From: Geosiphon pyriformis uo1
Taxonomy: Eukaryota; Fungi; Glomeromycota
Assembly: GCA_016748015.1 (NCBI GenBank)
Contig: JAAOMT010000276.1
Span: 434,001-498,000, forward strand
Direction of reading: 5' to 3'
Length of the DNA: 64,000 bases
Under the pieces are notes generated by a model. The model saw only the letters and a program-made list of their open reading frames with translations. It had not been told where the DNA came from and did not search any database. Position numbers and translations under genes: made by a program. Of the stretch, positions 61,284 to 64,000 are shown piece by piece; position 1 is the stretch's first letter; each line of letters begins with the position of its first letter.

Positions 61284-64000
61284 CAATATTCCAATACTAA
61301 GTCATCAATATTTAAGGAAAGTGTTTTATAAGTTTTTTTTCTTAAGCTTTTCTTGAAACTGTTTTATCTTTTTAAAAGCAATTATTCATGCTTTTACCAA
61401 TAAGTTATGAATAGTACCAAGTCTTTTTTGCAAAATGTCTTTATAATTCTTTATTGTGATTTTTTCAAAGGGTATTGTTTCAATGTTAGTTTCTATTGGT
61501 AATATTGCCATGTGTTTATAAAGCAGATAAAAAAGTTTATAACTTGTTATGTTATGATTCATAGTTCTATAAGCAAATAAAGCTGAAGACAGTACTTTGT
61601 CTTATAAGTTTGTTTCTTCACTAGTTTTGGCTAAGATTTTACATAGTGTTTTATTAAAACATTTTACTAGGCTATTTGTTTGAAGGTGGTTAGAAGAGAA
61701 AAGTTTATGACATATTTCTATTTTTCTATAGTTTTTCAACCAGTGTACTGAGAAAAACTCTTCTTCTGTTAGATAAAAGTTCTTTGAAGCAGCCATGACA
61801 GCAGATAATATCTTTATAAATAAAATTGGCTATTGAGACTGTTGTTTGGTCTGGAGTGGCTTTTGCTTTTATACACTTTATAAGATAGTCAATAGTTGTA
61901 ATAATATATCTGTTGCTATTAGAAGTTATTGTTAAAAGTTCAACAATATTTATACCAATTTTGTCAAATGGTTGACCAACAAAGATTGAATAGATATCTT
62001 TTTTGTGTTTAGGTTTTCCTTTTCTTTGACAGATGTTACAGATTTTGATGTACTCAGTAATATTTTTTCTCAAGGTAGATCAATAATAGTGAGCTAAAGT
62101 TTTCTATATTGTTTTTGTTTTTCAAAGTGTTCAGCTAATGGATCAGTATACATATTGTAGATCACAATTTCTTTTTCTTCAAATTTAATGACTCTTTGGG
62201 AGTGGTCAGAATTTTTTCTATTTTTTTTATATAACTGGTTTTGGCAAATCAAATAAAAATTTGATTATTTGTATAAATATTCTCTTTGCTGTTAAGTATA
62301 TTCTGGTAGATATTGTCTTTTACTCAAAAATTCTATTAAGGCAAAGTAGTTATTCAAGTCTATTATCTTGTTTGTTTATAAGGGAGTTACTAATAATTAA
62401 GTTGGTTTGGTTGAGAGGTTGTACTATTATTGAATAGCAAGTCTAGAAAGAGCATTGGCATTTTGATAATTTGTTCTTTTGTGATATTGAAGATCATAGT
62501 TGAATTTATCCAAATAGAGTATTAAGCAAGTTATCTATTTATGTTCCAGTTTTTTTTTGTTGTATAGCCAAACTAAGGCTTGATAATCTGTTACTACTAA
62601 GAATTTCATACCAAGAAGATATTAATCCTAATAACTAATAACTCAAACTACTACTAAGCATTTTTGTTTTATAATTAAATAGTTTTTTTCTGCTGATATG
62701 AGAGTTTTATTAACATATATTATAGTATGTTTTTTGCCATTTTTATTTTTTTGTAAGAAAACAGCATTAAGTCTATAACCAGATACATCAGTATGCAGAA
62801 TAAAAAATTGGTCCAGATTAGGTTGTTTAAGAATTGATTCAATAACAAGTTTTTCCTTTAAAGTTTCAAAAACTTTTTGTTAATAAGTATTCCAGTGGTA
62901 ATTGACATTTTTTCTAAGTAGCTAATTAAAAAAAAAGAAAATTTTGAAGAAATTCTTGATAAATTTGCAATAGTAAGAAGCCAAACCAAGAAAAGAGCAT
63001 AGTTCAGAAATATTTATTGGTTGTCTAATGTTCTGAAGTTTTTTAACTTTAGCTAGATCAGAAAAAATTTCATCTTTTGTAATAAAATGACCAAAAAATT
63101 GGGTGGATTGTTATTTAAAAAAAAATTTAATTGGGTTTATCTTAAGGCCAGCATTTCTAAAGAGATCAAAAACCTTTTACAAGTGTTCAAGATGTTTATT
63201 TCAGGTTTTTGAGTATATTATTATGTCGTCTAAGTAGACCAGAACAAAGTTTTCTTTTACTAATTCAAATACTTTGTTCATTAGGCATTAAAAAGTAGGA
63301 GGAGCATTAGTGAAACCAAAAAACATAACTGTAAAATTATAGGTACCATATTTGATAATAAAGGCAGTTTTCTTTCTGCTTTTTGGATCTATCTCTACTT
63401 GTCAAAATCCAGCAGTTAAGTTAATGATTGAGAAAAAAGCAGCACCATTGAATTTGTTTAGCATTATATCAATTTTGGAGAATAAATATATGGCTTTTAT
63501 AGTAATAACATTTAATTGACAATAGTTAACACAGAAGTGTAGAGTTCTGTCTTTCTTAGATACCACTACAATTGAAAAAGCTCATTTACTCTTGGTTTTT
63601 TGTATGAATCCAAGATTTTTTATTTGGGTTATCTCTTTCTTGATGAACTTATTATTGTGTTAATTGAATTAATAAGGCTTCAAATAGATAGGACAAGTTT
63701 TTCTGATGGTAATGATGTGTTGTATTATATGGGTTTGTTCAGAGATATTATTTTCTTTTAAGATAACTGGGCTATTTCTAGCCAACAAATTTTCAATATC
63801 TATTTTTCTTTTTTTAAGAAAAGGTTTTTTTTGTTTTAATATAAGTGATTAGATCTTAAATGATTTATTTTCAAAGAATTTCTGTTTTTTTTCTAGATAC
63901 CAAATTAATTGGCTCCCAATTTTTGTAATAAATTAGGCAGGACTTGCATTCATTACTAGGAAAATACAAAGATTTATCATATCAGCACCTGGCACAAAAA
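61284..64000 (-). mobile_element. Older family A copy A5 (INT, RNase H, RT), runs out of window
   Basis: Colinear with A1 from ~18710 to 21440, with heavier transition load; ORF 61726-62073 integrase. Confidence 0.9.

Overview
AT-rich, CpG-depleted eukaryotic (probably fungal) DNA made almost entirely of nested retroelements; no host gene, rRNA, tRNA or CRISPR array is supportable. The repeat families resemble ones I recall from Glomeromycotina (Geosiphon-like), but that is unverified. Contents: (i) three Ty3/Gypsy LTR families, here called A (5 copies), B (2) and C (1 partial), sharing one 17-nt PBS; 4-bp TSDs are visible on A1 and B2; A and B encode integrase as a separate ORF and carry a ~220-aa non-Env ORF before the PPT; B also carries a Cys-rich domain and a dUTPase between protease and RT; A has a TTTAAAC -1 frameshift site; (ii) at least two LINE families (APE, RT and zf-RVT remnants), one copy almost saturated with C>T/G>A changes; (iii) four copies of a 2.3-2.5 kb ORF1-only non-LTR element (family D), three with poly(A) tails and two with TSDs, whose 3' tail in D2/D3 matches the 3' end of an ORF2-bearing LINE in the same window. 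This looks like a half-LINE (HAL1-like) non-autonomous/autonomous partner system and is the most interesting item. Nearly all reading frames are pseudogenised. All alignments were done by eye.
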